DNA from: Myxococcota bacterium
Lineage (GTDB): Bacteria; Myxococcota_A; SURF-8
NCBI GenBank assembly: GCA_965140415.1
Contig: OZ223209.1
Span: 2,912,001 to 2,976,000 of the forward strand
DNA length: 64,000 bases
Direction: 5' to 3'
The position numbers and the translations under genes are program-made. Positions 28,644 through 38,582 of this stretch are shown here, piece by piece. A model generated the notes under the pieces. It was not told where the DNA came from, searched no databases, and saw nothing but the letters and a program-made list of their open reading frames with translations. Each line of letters opens with the position of its first letter. The stretch's first letter is position 1.

Positions 28644-31600
28644 ATGAGTCGCCTTACACGGATGGACTGGCTTCTTTTTTGTATGGCAGTAAGCCTGCTG
28701 TTTGTTTTCGTTGCCTGCTCGGATGATGGCAGCGCCGATGATGTCGCCCCTGACGGTGATAGAGAACAGAATCCTATCGTGGATGGAGATTATTCCTGCC
28801 CGGAAGGATATTCGTGTTCTCCCTGTACAAGTGATGTCGATTGCGATCCGGGAATGCTTTGCGATCTTGAGGACGGAATTTGCAAACCCTCCGGTATACC
28901 CGGTGATGAGGACGAGGAAACTCCAGACGGAGACATCATTGTAGATGGAGATCTGGCCGATAGTGACAAACTGCAAGACACGGACGGGCGAAGAATCGTT
29001 GTCGAGCCAACCTCCGTGGATTTCGGCGCGGTGCAATGGGGACGATCGAGCACTAAAGAGGTTGTCGTCAGTAATGAAGACGCCGCTACTTTGGATTTGG
29101 AAATTCAGGATATGCAATTCGTTACCGAAGGCGCACTTGATTTCTCCTTCGAAATCTGGAACCCGGATTCCGGTGTGGTTTCGGATCTTCCTATTTCTCT
29201 CGCTCCAGGAAAAAGCTTAATCGTCAAACTGACTTACAGCCCGACAGATGAAATCGACGATGCAGGCGAACAGTTGTTGATATCGAGTAATGACGGAGAT
29301 CGTCCCATCGTTCGCGTGACGATGAACCCGCAGTACAAAGGCGAGGCCAAGCTGGTTGTGTCTCCGGATCCAATTGCGTTTGGTGACATCCCGATATACA
29401 GTTCCAGCATCATCGATGTGACGATCAGCAATCAACCGGTGGATGAAGATACCAACCGCGTGCTGAAAATCACCAATCTGTCTCTTCAGAACGGGCAGTA
29501 TGTCGATGCATCTCTGGTAATGACTCCCACTAGCACTCCCAGCAGCGATCAGCCGGTTTTCTTGATCCCCGGCGACTCGATCTCTGTGAAAATGGAATAT
29601 TCACCTGCGGTTATGGGAACCTTGCTGAATGGATTGTTCCTGACATGTAACGATCCCAATGCCGGTCCGGTCGTAGAGATTCCCATCACCGGAAAGGGTG
29701 TGCAAGCCGACTTGGCTGTGATTCCCACTCCGATCGACTTCGGCGCACGAAGAATTGGGGAAACCCACTTCTTGTCTGTGGAAATCGCGAACGTGGGAAA
29801 TGAAAGTTATCCCATCGAAGCCGTGTCCCTGGTCGATGAAAATCCCTTGTTCGCACTGGCTTCGATAACGCCAGACTTGCCTTGGCTGCTGCTGCCAAGC
29901 GAAACAGCCACAATCAATGTGAGCTTCTCGCCGGAAGAGCTGACGCAGGTTTTCGATAAATTGTGGTTACAAGGTGGCGTAAACGACGAGGGTGAAAGAA
30001 AACCGGACTACTTTATCGATGTCAAGGGGTCCGGTTCGCAAGCCTTGATTCGGTTGGAACCGGCGGACGTGATCGATTTCGGCAATGTGCAGCATGGTCA
30101 AACGGAGGTTCAGCAACTTCGAGTCTATAGCGAGGGAAATGAGTCGCTAACGATCTCCAGCTTGCAGATGAGCACGGATGGCAGCGCCGATTTCGCCTTT
30201 ACGGATGTTCCCGGAATTTACGAATCCATTCCGGTGGGGCAGTCGCGCTTGATCGATTTTACCTATACGCCCGATGAGGGCGGACTGCGCAGTTCCTGCA
30301 AGATCTTTTCGAATGCCGGCAACGCCGCAGAAGATGGCTCCGTCACTCTACAATTGCAAGGCAGCAGTAACGATCCCATTTTCTTCGCACAGCCCGACAG
30401 CATCGAATTCGACTCCATTCCGCAGGGAGACCGAGACACCGTTCAGGTAATGGTCAAGAATATCGGCAATGGAAGTCTTACGATCTACTCGGCAGGCATC
30501 GATATCGGCTCCAGCCCTTATTACGGTGTCGAAAATTTCCAGGTCGGTGGAAATGCCGTCTCATTGCCCTTGGAATTGGGACAAAGCCAAACGATGACAT
30601 TCGATGCCTTTTACGAGCCTTACGGACCGGGGGAAGCCACCGGGGCGCTGTCGATTGTCCATAATGACTACGATGAGTTCGGCCCTGGAGATCTGGACCG
30701 AACGGAACATACGATTACTTTACATGCTTCTGGTCCGGCCAATACCCGACCGGTGGCGGTGCTTCGCGCCAATTATTCCGAAGAGGATATTTCGCTGCCG
30801 AAAGATGCGGTGGTGATACTTGATGGTGTGGAAAGCTACGATGACGACGAAGGCGACACGATCGCAGATTATGACTTCACGATCGACACCGCACCTGCCG
30901 GTCATAATACGTTGGAAGGCACGGGCGACAGCCGCCATGTCATTCTGAATGCTGCGGGAGACTGGATCTTTTCGCTTCGAGTGCAGGATAGCAATGGCGA
31001 ATGGAGTTCCAGCGATACCTTGCGTGTGACGGTGACGTCCAAACCTGTCGCGGTGATTCGCGCCAATACTGTTACTGAATTATTGGAAGATGCACGCGCC
31101 GGTGCCGAGTTGTATCTGGATACGGTCGGGAGTGTCGACCCGGATGGCGGAAATATTATGGATTGGGAATTTCGCATCGATTCGCTACCTGCCGGTGCAA
31201 CTTCAAGTTTAACCGGCAGCGCCGGTTCTCGTTCGATTTTCCCGGATCGGATCGGCACCTGGACCTTCATGGCTCGCGTTCAGGATGATGAGGAAGAATG
31301 GTCGGATTGGGCGACGGTGGTCGTGGACGTCATCCGTCCACAGACGATAGATATCGTCATGCAGGGGGTAAATACCTGCTGGGGCGATCTGATCGGTTAC
31401 CGCCTGTTCTTTGAAAGCAAGGATGGCGAAAATTGCGGACCGAGTGAATGTTTGTGGGGGCCGCGTCATTCCGGTAATTGCAACAACTTAGGGAACAACG
31501 AAGGGGACTCGGAAATCATTTGGGACTACTCCGAGTTATTGAACAGTTATCCTTCCGGTATGGATGGCGAGTACCACATTCGCGTGGAGCGGGTCGGTTT

Positions 31601-31781
31601 CAGTATCCTTTTGGGAGAGCATGTCACAGTTGCGCTTTATGTCGATGGTGAAGAGCAGGTCTGGTGGGATCTGGAGCATGATTTCGGCTCGTCCGTAGGT
31701 AACAACTGGGATATTTACCTCTTCCGTCATGATGGTCTATGGGAAATTCCGCACAATTGTGTGCCGGGAGGATGTCTCTGA
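28644..31781 (+). CDS. Surface lipoprotein with five choice-of-anchor-D/ASH-like Ig domains and two PKD-like domains
   Basis: AGGAGG RBS before the ATG at 28644; lipobox FVAC; CxxDxDC module; five xDFGxV-type domains; two PVAVxRA...WxF..RVQD PKD-like domains; distinct C-terminal domain. Confidence 0.8.
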   Translation: MSRLTRMDWLLFCMAVSLLFVFVACSDDGSADDVAPDGDREQNPIVDGDYSCPEGYSCSPCTSDVDCDPGMLCDLEDGICKPSGIPGDEDEETPDGDIIVDGDLADSDKLQDTDGRRIVVEPTSVDFGAVQWGRSSTKEVVVSNEDAATLDLEIQDMQFVTEGALDFSFEIWNPDSGVVSDLPISLAPGKSLIVKLTYSPTDEIDDAGEQLLISSNDGDRPIVRVTMNPQYKGEAKLVVSPDPIAFGDIPIYSSSIIDVTISNQPVDEDTNRVLKITNLSLQNGQYVDASLVMTPTSTPSSDQPVFLIPGDSISVKMEYSPAVMGTLLNGLFLTCNDPNAGPVVEIPITGKGVQADLAVIPTPIDFGARRIGETHFLSVEIANVGNESYPIEAVSLVDENPLFALASITPDLPWLLLPSETATINVSFSPEELTQVFDKLWLQGGVNDEGERKPDYFIDVKGSGSQALIRLEPADVIDFGNVQHGQTEVQQLRVYSEGNESLTISSLQMSTDGSADFAFTDVPGIYESIPVGQSRLIDFTYTPDEGGLRSSCKIFSNAGNAAEDGSVTLQLQGSSNDPIFFAQPDSIEFDSIPQGDRDTVQVMVKNIGNGSLTIYSAGIDIGSSPYYGVENFQVGGNAVSLPLELGQSQTMTFDAFYEPYGPGEATGALSIVHNDYDEFGPGDLDRTEHTITLHASGPANTRPVAVLRANYSEEDISLPKDAVVILDGVESYDDDEGDTIADYDFTIDTAPAGHNTLEGTGDSRHVILNAAGDWIFSLRVQDSNGEWSSSDTLRVTVTSKPVAVIRANTVTELLEDARAGAELYLDTVGSVDPDGGNIMDWEFRIDSLPAGATSSLTGSAGSRSIFPDRIGTWTFMARVQDDEEEWSDWATVVVDVIRPQTIDIVMQGVNTCWGDLIGYRLFFESKDGENCGPSECLWGPRHSGNCNNLGNNEGDSEIIWDYSELLNSYPSGMDGEYHIRVERVGFSILLGEHVTVALYVDGEEQVWWDLEHDFGSSVGNNWDIYLFRHDGLWEIPHNCVPGGCL

Positions 31782-31805
31782 TTCGGCGATGAAAAGCAAC
31801 GCCCC

Positions 31806-31834
31806 TTGACTCTTCTTCATATACTGGGCATGAT
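31806..31834 (+). promoter_or_regulatory. Putative sigma70 promoter of the pncB operon
   Basis: TTGACT-N17-CATGAT, about 50 bp upstream of the pncB start. Confidence 0.45.
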
Positions 31835-31882
31835 AGTCCTGGAATTGGAAAAGCCTTATTGCTGGTAGGGGGTTCGGTTATT

Positions 31883-33490
31883 ATGTCCTGTAACTCCGCA
31901 GTCAATGCACTTTTAACGGACTTATACCAGATCACTATGGCCTACGCCTATTTCAAAGCGGGACGCCATCAAGAAACCGCCACCTTCGATCTGTTTCTGC
32001 ATCGCAATCCCTTCGGGGGAGAGTTTACGGTTTTCGCGGGCTTGTCCGAGGTGGAACACTTCGTTCGAAAGCTCCACTTTTCACAAGAGCAAATCGGCTA
32101 TCTCAAAGAAGTGTTACCAAATTGTGATCCTTCGTTTTTCGACTACCTATCCCAACTCGATGGCACTCGCTTAACACTTCGGGCCGTTCAGGAAGGATCG
32201 ATCCTCAGTGCGCGCGTTCCACTAATCAGCGTGACGGGCGAACTCGCTCTGGCACAACTGGTGGAAACACCGCTTCTAAACCTCGTGAACTATGCAAGTC
32301 TGGTGGCCACCAATGCCGCGCGTTTTCGTCTTGCTGCGGGGCCGAATAAAAAGCTGCTGGAATTCGGTTTAAGGCGCTCACAAGGCCCCGATGGCGGCCT
32401 GTCCGCTTCGCGTTACAGCTATATCGGAGGATTCGACGGCACCAGCAATCTGCAAGCCGGTATGATGTATGGCATCCCGGTAATGGGAACCCATGCGCAT
32501 TCCTTTGTTTCTTCCTATGCCGACACTGCCAGTCTGGATCAAATCCCGAATCGTTCCATCGATACCGCCGATGGGAAGCAGGTGGATTTCGTTGCGCTTG
32601 TTTTAGAGTTGCGGCCAAAGTATGCTCCAGGCAGCAACACGGGGGAACTGGCGGCATTCATTGCCTACGCTCAGGTTTTTCCAACTGCTTTTCTGGCATT
32701 GGTGGATACCTACGATACATTGGGTTCAGGTGTTCCGAATTTCATATGCGTGGCGCTCGCCCTGGTTAAAGTCGGTTACAGACCCAGAGGAATTCGGTTG
32801 GATTCCGGCGACTTGGCCTATCTTTCTAAACAAGTACGAGAGCAGTTTAAACGAGTTGCCAAACGAGAAAATCTAGATTGGTTTGCGCGTCTTACGATTA
32901 CGGCAAGCAATGAAATAAACGAAAGCGTACTGGCAGCCTTAGAGAAGCAGGGGCATGAAATCGACGCTTTCGGCATTGGTACTCATTTGGTGACCTGTCA
33001 GGCGCAGCCTGCCTTGAATGGTGTATATAAGCTCGTTGAGATCAATGGAAAGCCTTGTTTGAAAATCAGCCAGGACAAAGCGAAAAGATCTCTTCCCGGA
33101 AACAAACAGATCTATCGTCTCTATTCCGATAGTGGCGTTCCTTTGGCTGACGTGATCGCTCTAGCTGGAATTGACGAGCCTCCAGAGGTGGGAAAAGAGA
33201 TTCATTGCTATCATCCCTTCGATGATGATTTGCATATGACGGTTGCACCTGCTCGAGTCCAACCATTATTGCAGGAAGTTTCTATAAGCGCACCTGCACC
33301 ATCATTGGAATCGCTAAGAGAGCGTGTAAGGCAGCAATTGTCGATAATGAGGGAAGATCACCTGCGCTCACTGAATCCAACCCCATATAAAGTATCGGTT
33401 ACTCGGGCACTTTACGACTTGACTCGGGAACTTTGGAGACGGGAAAAGGGTGAATCGCATATCAAGGACTCTGCAAAAGAAACTCGATAG
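31883..33490 (+). CDS. pncB: Nicotinate phosphoribosyltransferase
   Basis: LLTDLYQITMAYAY, EFGLRR, GTHAHSFV, LVDTYD, GIRLDSGDL, FGIGTHL and GVYKLVE. Confidence 0.95.
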   Translation: MSCNSAVNALLTDLYQITMAYAYFKAGRHQETATFDLFLHRNPFGGEFTVFAGLSEVEHFVRKLHFSQEQIGYLKEVLPNCDPSFFDYLSQLDGTRLTLRAVQEGSILSARVPLISVTGELALAQLVETPLLNLVNYASLVATNAARFRLAAGPNKKLLEFGLRRSQGPDGGLSASRYSYIGGFDGTSNLQAGMMYGIPVMGTHAHSFVSSYADTASLDQIPNRSIDTADGKQVDFVALVLELRPKYAPGSNTGELAAFIAYAQVFPTAFLALVDTYDTLGSGVPNFICVALALVKVGYRPRGIRLDSGDLAYLSKQVREQFKRVAKRENLDWFARLTITASNEINESVLAALEKQGHEIDAFGIGTHLVTCQAQPALNGVYKLVEINGKPCLKISQDKAKRSLPGNKQIYRLYSDSGVPLADVIALAGIDEPPEVGKEIHCYHPFDDDLHMTVAPARVQPLLQEVSISAPAPSLESLRERVRQQLSIMREDHLRSLNPTPYKVSVTRALYDLTRELWRREKGESHIKDSAKETR

Positions 33491-33508
33491 AGTTGGAAGG
33501 AGGGCCTT

Positions 33509-34552
33509 TTGAAACCCATTCCATTACCGGAATTTTACGATCCGCAGCAAGCCGAGAACTGGTCTTATGGACCGGATGCGGAAACGTTGTTGGCCAAGGC
33601 AATTGACTGGCGTAAAACCCACGCTATTTCATCTGTCTCTGAAGATCGCACTCGCATTCACTTGCTACTAGTGGATTTGCAAAAGGATTTCTGCTTTCCG
33701 GAAGGTTCTTTATTCGTTGCAGGCAGAAGTGGGGATGCTGCGATAAACGACAGCCGCCGACTGGCGGAGTTCATCTATCGCAATCTAGGCAGTATTTCGA
33801 ATATCACGGCGACGATGGATACTCACATTGCCTATCAGATCTTTTCTCCCTGTTTCTGGCTGGATTCAAACGGAGATCCACCACCTGCCAATACGATTGT
33901 TCGAAGCGAAGATATTCAAAAGAAACATCTTCTTCCCAATCCGAAAATGGCAGCCTGGCTATGTGATGGCAACGAAGAGTGGTTGTACAATTACTCTCTG
34001 GATTATTGTAAGCAGTTGGAACGCGATGGTAAATATGAACTTTATTTGTGGCCGCCTCATTGTCTGGCGGGCTCGGACGGTCATGGGCTCGTCGGCGTTA
34101 TTCAGGAAGCGCGACTGTTTCATGCCTATTGCCGTTCCGCCCAATCGCGAACGGAAATAAAAGGCAGTCATCCATTGACCGAGAATTACTCCGTTTTCAG
34201 CCCGGAAGTACAAATGACTTTCGACGGCGTTCAGCTTGCGCAAACCAATTCTGCGCTTTTAAATGATTTACTCGCTTCCGATGCCATTCTGATTGCCGGG
34301 CAGGCTTCCAGTCATTGTGTTCGTTTCACAATTGAAGATTTATTACAGGAAATCCGTTTTAGAAATCCAAAACTTACCGATCGCGTTTACATCCTGTCGG
34401 ATTGCATGTCTCCAGTTACGGTTCCAGACGGTCAAGGAGGTTTTCTTGTAGATTTCAGTGATGATACGGAAAAAGCCATGCAGCACTTTAAAGATGCCGG
34501 GATGCATCTTGTCCAATCTACGGAGCCAATGGCGTCGTGGTTGAGTTTTTAG
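33509..34552 (+). CDS. Nicotinamidase (isochorismatase family, long form)
   Basis: LLVDLQKDFC, MDTH, WPPHC, TENYSV and GQASSHCV; 18 bp downstream of pncB. Confidence 0.8.
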   Translation: MKPIPLPEFYDPQQAENWSYGPDAETLLAKAIDWRKTHAISSVSEDRTRIHLLLVDLQKDFCFPEGSLFVAGRSGDAAINDSRRLAEFIYRNLGSISNITATMDTHIAYQIFSPCFWLDSNGDPPPANTIVRSEDIQKKHLLPNPKMAAWLCDGNEEWLYNYSLDYCKQLERDGKYELYLWPPHCLAGSDGHGLVGVIQEARLFHAYCRSAQSRTEIKGSHPLTENYSVFSPEVQMTFDGVQLAQTNSALLNDLLASDAILIAGQASSHCVRFTIEDLLQEIRFRNPKLTDRVYILSDCMSPVTVPDGQGGFLVDFSDDTEKAMQHFKDAGMHLVQSTEPMASWLSF

Positions 34553-34639
34553 TGAATTGTAGTGTGTATCCGGGAGATTTGTTCGGTTGTATGACGAGTG
34601 AATCAGGTGAAAAGGTAGCGCACAATCTTATTAGCAAGG

Positions 34640-36310
34640 ATGCCGATGACTCAAAAAAGGAAAAAGCATACTCACGCGCAGGCTTACGATTCTCCAAAAA
34701 TTGAAAGACAGGCAGGTTTTCAAGATGCTTTAATGTACGACAGCTTTCATCCCCCATGTTGTGATGAAGTACGCTATCTTGAATTGTTTACACAGATTCC
34801 TTGGGGAATCGCGTTCTTCCAGCCTGTGAACGACGGACAGGACTATATACTAACGGCTATCAATCCAACTTTCGAAAAAATTATTGGCAGGACCGAATCC
34901 AGTATGATTCATCATTCGATACGTGAAATCATGCTGGAATCGGATCTTGAGAAAACAGTCAAGAGTTTGGCTGCTGCTTACGAGAGACAAATTCCGGTTC
35001 GATTTAAGCTTTCCGTCTCAGCTTTGCAAGAGGATGAGGATGGAGGTGAAAATACCGTCTTTCCAATGCGAAATGGGGAGCTTGCCCTTGTATTTGCACA
35101 GGAATCTATTTATGAGCGATTACAGCAGAATATGGAAAGGGAGTCGTCCTCCACGCAGGTTCTTTTAGATGTGCCTTCCAGTGCAGCGATGCTGATTTCG
35201 TTGGATAAAACGATTAAGGAAGTCAACCGCACTGTCTGCATATTGCTTGGCAAAACAAGAGAAGAATTGCTGGGAAGCATATTTTATTCTTTTATGCCGC
35301 CTCAGACAGCACAAAAGCGCATTCATTATTTCGATACTGCAGTAGAGAGCGGAGAAGTTCAGCGCTTCGAGGATGAATGTAGAGGATTATGGTACGATAA
35401 CATCATGAATCCTGTCCGAAATGAAGATGGTAATGTGGTCGAAATCGCTTTTCTGGCTCACGATATTACCGAACAGAAACGCCAGGCAATTCTTCAGAAA
35501 GAACAGCTACAGAAGTTGATCCAGGCCGATAAAATGGTTGCTCTGGGAACCTTGGTTGGCGGTGTGGCCCATGAAATCAACAATCCCAATCATATCATTG
35601 GTCTGAATGCGCCAATGCTGCAAGACATCTGGAAAAGTACAGCGCCGATATTGGAAAAGCATTACCAGAATCATGGAAATTTCAGTGTAGGCGGATTTGC
35701 TTACACGGATGTTGAAGAGACCGCACCGAATCTGATTGAAGGCATTATTGGCAGTTCCAAACGGATACAGACGATTGTTGAAGAGCTTCGCAATTTCGCC
35801 CGTTTTCAACCGGCTTCCATGCAGGATCTGGTCGATCTCAATGCCGTCGTTAAATCGGCAACGACACTGTTAAGCAATTCGATCAGCCGGGCGACTCAAC
35901 AATTCAAAGCCATTTACGGACTGGATGTGCCTGTATTCAGAGGCGATTCCAAGCGCATTCAACAGGTCGTGATTCGTCTGATCCAGAATGCATGTCAGGC
36001 GCTGACGGACTACTCCCAAGCGATCATCGTGTATACGCGCTATTATCCGAAAGAAGAAGTGGTCGTGACCGAAGTTCGTGACGAGGGTGAGGGCATCCCT
36101 CGCGACTTGATAGACAAAGTGCTTAATCCCTTTTTTACGACAAGAGGAGATCAAGGTGGCGTGGGTCTGGGACTATCCATCGCCTCAACCATTGTCGAAG
36201 ATCATGGCGGCAGATTGAATATTGAATCCACTGAAGGAATTGGTACGAAAGTTCGTTTTTCCATTCCAGTTGGTTCCATTGACATCAATGAAGATGGAGA
36301 AGAGTCTTAA
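34640..36310 (+). CDS. PAS-domain sensor histidine kinase (NtrB-like)
   Basis: Two PAS-like regions, GVAHEINNP H-box, LIQNACQA, DEGEGI, PFFTT and GVGLGLSI; no obvious transmembrane segment. Confidence 0.92.
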   Translation: MPMTQKRKKHTHAQAYDSPKIERQAGFQDALMYDSFHPPCCDEVRYLELFTQIPWGIAFFQPVNDGQDYILTAINPTFEKIIGRTESSMIHHSIREIMLESDLEKTVKSLAAAYERQIPVRFKLSVSALQEDEDGGENTVFPMRNGELALVFAQESIYERLQQNMERESSSTQVLLDVPSSAAMLISLDKTIKEVNRTVCILLGKTREELLGSIFYSFMPPQTAQKRIHYFDTAVESGEVQRFEDECRGLWYDNIMNPVRNEDGNVVEIAFLAHDITEQKRQAILQKEQLQKLIQADKMVALGTLVGGVAHEINNPNHIIGLNAPMLQDIWKSTAPILEKHYQNHGNFSVGGFAYTDVEETAPNLIEGIIGSSKRIQTIVEELRNFARFQPASMQDLVDLNAVVKSATTLLSNSISRATQQFKAIYGLDVPVFRGDSKRIQQVVIRLIQNACQALTDYSQAIIVYTRYYPKEEVVVTEVRDEGEGIPRDLIDKVLNPFFTTRGDQGGVGLGLSIASTIVEDHGGRLNIESTEGIGTKVRFSIPVGSIDINEDGEES

Positions 36311-37725
36311 TGCCACAGCGGAATCCACAGAATCCGATTCTTTTAGTCGATGATGAACCCCAGATCTTGTTGACCAACAAAGCTGTCCTTCTGCAAAGCG
36401 GATATAACAATACGGAAACCTGCAACGACAGCAGAAATGTGATTTCCATTCTCAAAGAAGGCAACTATTCGCTGGTATTGCTGGACTTGAGAATGCCGTA
36501 TTTGACCGGAGAAGAGTTGCTGCCTCAAATTCTGGAAGAGCATCCCGATTTGCCTGTGATTGTCATTACGGGAGCGAATGATATTGAAACGGCGGTCAAT
36601 TGCATGAAAGCAGGCGCATTTGACTTTATGGTAAAACCTGTCGATCGGACTCGCCTTGCGACTTCGATTTCATTGGCCATTAAATATCACCAACTCCAGC
36701 AGGAAAATACCCGTCTCAGCCATCGTCTTTTTTCAAAAGACCTCGAATGTCCCGAGTATTTTGAAGATATCGTTACCAGAAACGGGGACATGCTGAACAT
36801 ATTCCGCTACATGGAAACGGTTGCAAGCTCTCCATTCCCACTATTGATTACTGGGGAAACCGGTGTTGGAAAAGAGTTGATTGCCAGAGCCTTTCATCAA
36901 CTCACCAAAGTCGCTTCACCGATGGTCACGGTGAATGTCGCCTCACTGGATCACCAACTGTTTTCCGACAGTATTTTCGGCCATGTAAAAGGAGCCTTTT
37001 CCGGAGCCACTCAAAACAGGCCCGGACTTGTTGAGAAAGCGAGCAATTCATCGCTATTCCTAGATGAAATCGGGGATTTAGATCCACATTCGCAAGTTAA
37101 GCTTCTTCGTTTAATTCAAGAAGGAGAGTACATGCCGTTGGGATCGGATAATCTCCGACATACCAATGCTCGAATCATCTTGGCGACGAATCGGAATTTG
37201 GATGAATTGCAGCGCGATGGGCAATTTCGGAAGGATCTTTACTACCGGCTGAAAACACATCACGTTCATTTGCCTCCTTTGCGCAAAAGGAAAGATGACA
37301 TCCCGTTATTACTGGATCATTTTATCGAACGGACGGCCCAGCGGCTTGGAAAAGCCGCGCCAACGCCGGTGAAGGAATTGATTCCTCTGTTGAATACGTA
37401 TTCCTTTCCAGGGAATATCCGTGAGTTCGAATCCATGGTCGTCGAGGCGGTTACGAGCCATCAATCGCATAAGCTCACAATGGATTGCTTTAAAGCTGCA
37501 ATGCAGCAACAGGACGATCCGTATGAGAGCAATGGCACAAATGGAAATTCAAGTGAAGAGGCGATTTATTGGCCGGTCAATTTCCCAACGTTAAACCAGG
37601 CCGTTCACGATCAAATCAAAGAGGCATTGAAGAGGGCACAAGGAAATCAAACTCTCGCTGCCAGATTGCTTGGTATTACGCCCTCCGCTCTTTCGCAGCG
37701 CCTAAAGAAGATCCGGGAAACCTGA
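36310..37725 (+). CDS. Sigma54-dependent response regulator (NtrC family)
   Basis: Receiver domain (LVDDE, LDLRMP, KP), AAA+ motifs GETGVGKE, GAFSGA, LFLDEIGD and FPGNIRE, and a Fis-type HTH. Confidence 0.93.
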   Translation: MPQRNPQNPILLVDDEPQILLTNKAVLLQSGYNNTETCNDSRNVISILKEGNYSLVLLDLRMPYLTGEELLPQILEEHPDLPVIVITGANDIETAVNCMKAGAFDFMVKPVDRTRLATSISLAIKYHQLQQENTRLSHRLFSKDLECPEYFEDIVTRNGDMLNIFRYMETVASSPFPLLITGETGVGKELIARAFHQLTKVASPMVTVNVASLDHQLFSDSIFGHVKGAFSGATQNRPGLVEKASNSSLFLDEIGDLDPHSQVKLLRLIQEGEYMPLGSDNLRHTNARIILATNRNLDELQRDGQFRKDLYYRLKTHHVHLPPLRKRKDDIPLLLDHFIERTAQRLGKAAPTPVKELIPLLNTYSFPGNIREFESMVVEAVTSHQSHKLTMDCFKAAMQQQDDPYESNGTNGNSSEEAIYWPVNFPTLNQAVHDQIKEALKRAQGNQTLAARLLGITPSALSQRLKKIRET

Positions 37726-37770
37726 TCGAAATTCAAGCTGATTTTCGTTGCCTGCAAAGTCCAGTGGGCT

Positions 37771-37799
37771 TTGACAGCATGAATTAGAGTAAATATTTT
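37771..37799 (+). promoter_or_regulatory. Putative sigma70 promoter of tRNA-Ala
   Basis: TTGACA-N17-TATTTT about 75 bp upstream of the tRNA; an alternative TTGCAA-N16-TATAAG lies at 37801-37828. Confidence 0.45.
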
Positions 37800-37873
37800 C
37801 TTGCAATTCAGCCATAGTTTGATATAAGCAGAATCCCGGTGCTTCGCACCATACAAACCTGGCCTTTAAGGTT

Positions 37874-37949
37874 GGGGGTGTAGCTCAGTTGGTAGAGCGC
37901 TTGCTTCGCATGCAAGAAGTAGGGAGTTCGAATCTCCTCACCTCCACCA
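37874..37949 (+). tRNA. tRNA-Ala(CGC)
   Basis: 76-nt cloverleaf: acceptor GGGGGTG/CACCTCC with G3:U70, D arm GCTC/GAGC, anticodon arm CTTGC-TTCGCAT-GCAAG, TTCGAAT T loop and encoded CCA. Confidence 0.97.
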
Positions 37950-37959
37950 TATCAAAATA

Positions 37960-38001
37960 ACGAGCCCGCTTTCGGAAAATCCGGAAGCGGGTTTCGTGTT
38001 T
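37960..38001 (+). terminator. Probable intrinsic terminator after tRNA-Ala
   Basis: Long hairpin ACGAGCCCGCTTTCGGA-AAA-TCCGGAAGCGGGTTTCGT followed by GTTT. Confidence 0.7.
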
Positions 38002-38309
38002 CGAAACGACTAAAAATCTCATTCGAAGAGAAGTCGTCAAATTTTCTGGTTCGATTTCTTTCTCTTGATTCGAGTCGGAATTCCTGTTCGTTGTAACAAG
38101 AAAATCAGGTGAAAATAGAGATAAAATGACTGCGTTTCTGGCTCGTTCGCGTCCAACCATAAACGCACCTGTTTGACCGGTAAACAGCCACTAAACGAGC
38201 ACTAACTGACGGTAGATCGACAGTACTTCATCGTGCAGTATGAGACAACTTAGTGTTGCGCAATAAAACGAAACGCAGCATCAAGCAGCATACGCGAACG
38301 GACCACTGC

Positions 38310-38383
38310 TCGTTTACGGTCTTTTGCCGGCAATTTACTGGTCTTTTACCGGTCGTTTAGCGTCCAATACAGCTGTTTGCCGG
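38310..38383. repeat. Degenerate ~11-bp tandem repeat (consensus TCTTTTACCGG)
   Basis: Units tcgtttacgg, tcttttgccgg, caatttactgg, tcttttaccgg and tcgtttagcgt, then ctgtttgccgg after a short gap. Confidence 0.55.
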
Positions 38384-38582
38384 TGCCTTCTACACTGACG
38401 AGATCCATCGAAGTGTTTTCGTCCCGACCGAGAAGTCAACCATTTGGAGCAGGGCAGGAGCCCATGCTCCAACGGAATGAATCGTCACGCTTCGCATTGT
38501 AGCTGAAAGATTGGATTTTACGCAAAAGTCAAATTCAGGAAAGACAATCTTTCGCCAGCGACTGGTTTCGGAAACGGGGAAC

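Noticed and set aside
31883-34552. pncB plus nicotinamidase as a phage anti-defence NAD module
   Set aside because: There is no phage context, and ordinary Preiss-Handler NAD salvage explains the pair.
36985-37010. GAFSGA instead of GAFTGA as a sign of sigma54 independence
   Set aside because: A single T-to-S change occurs in many enhancer-binding proteins and is not enough evidence. I also found no convincing -24/-12 promoter by eye.
37874-38580. tRNA-Ala as the att site of a prophage or genomic island
   Set aside because: I saw no integrase and no convincing duplicate of the tRNA 3' end in the window, and the downstream genes look chromosomal.
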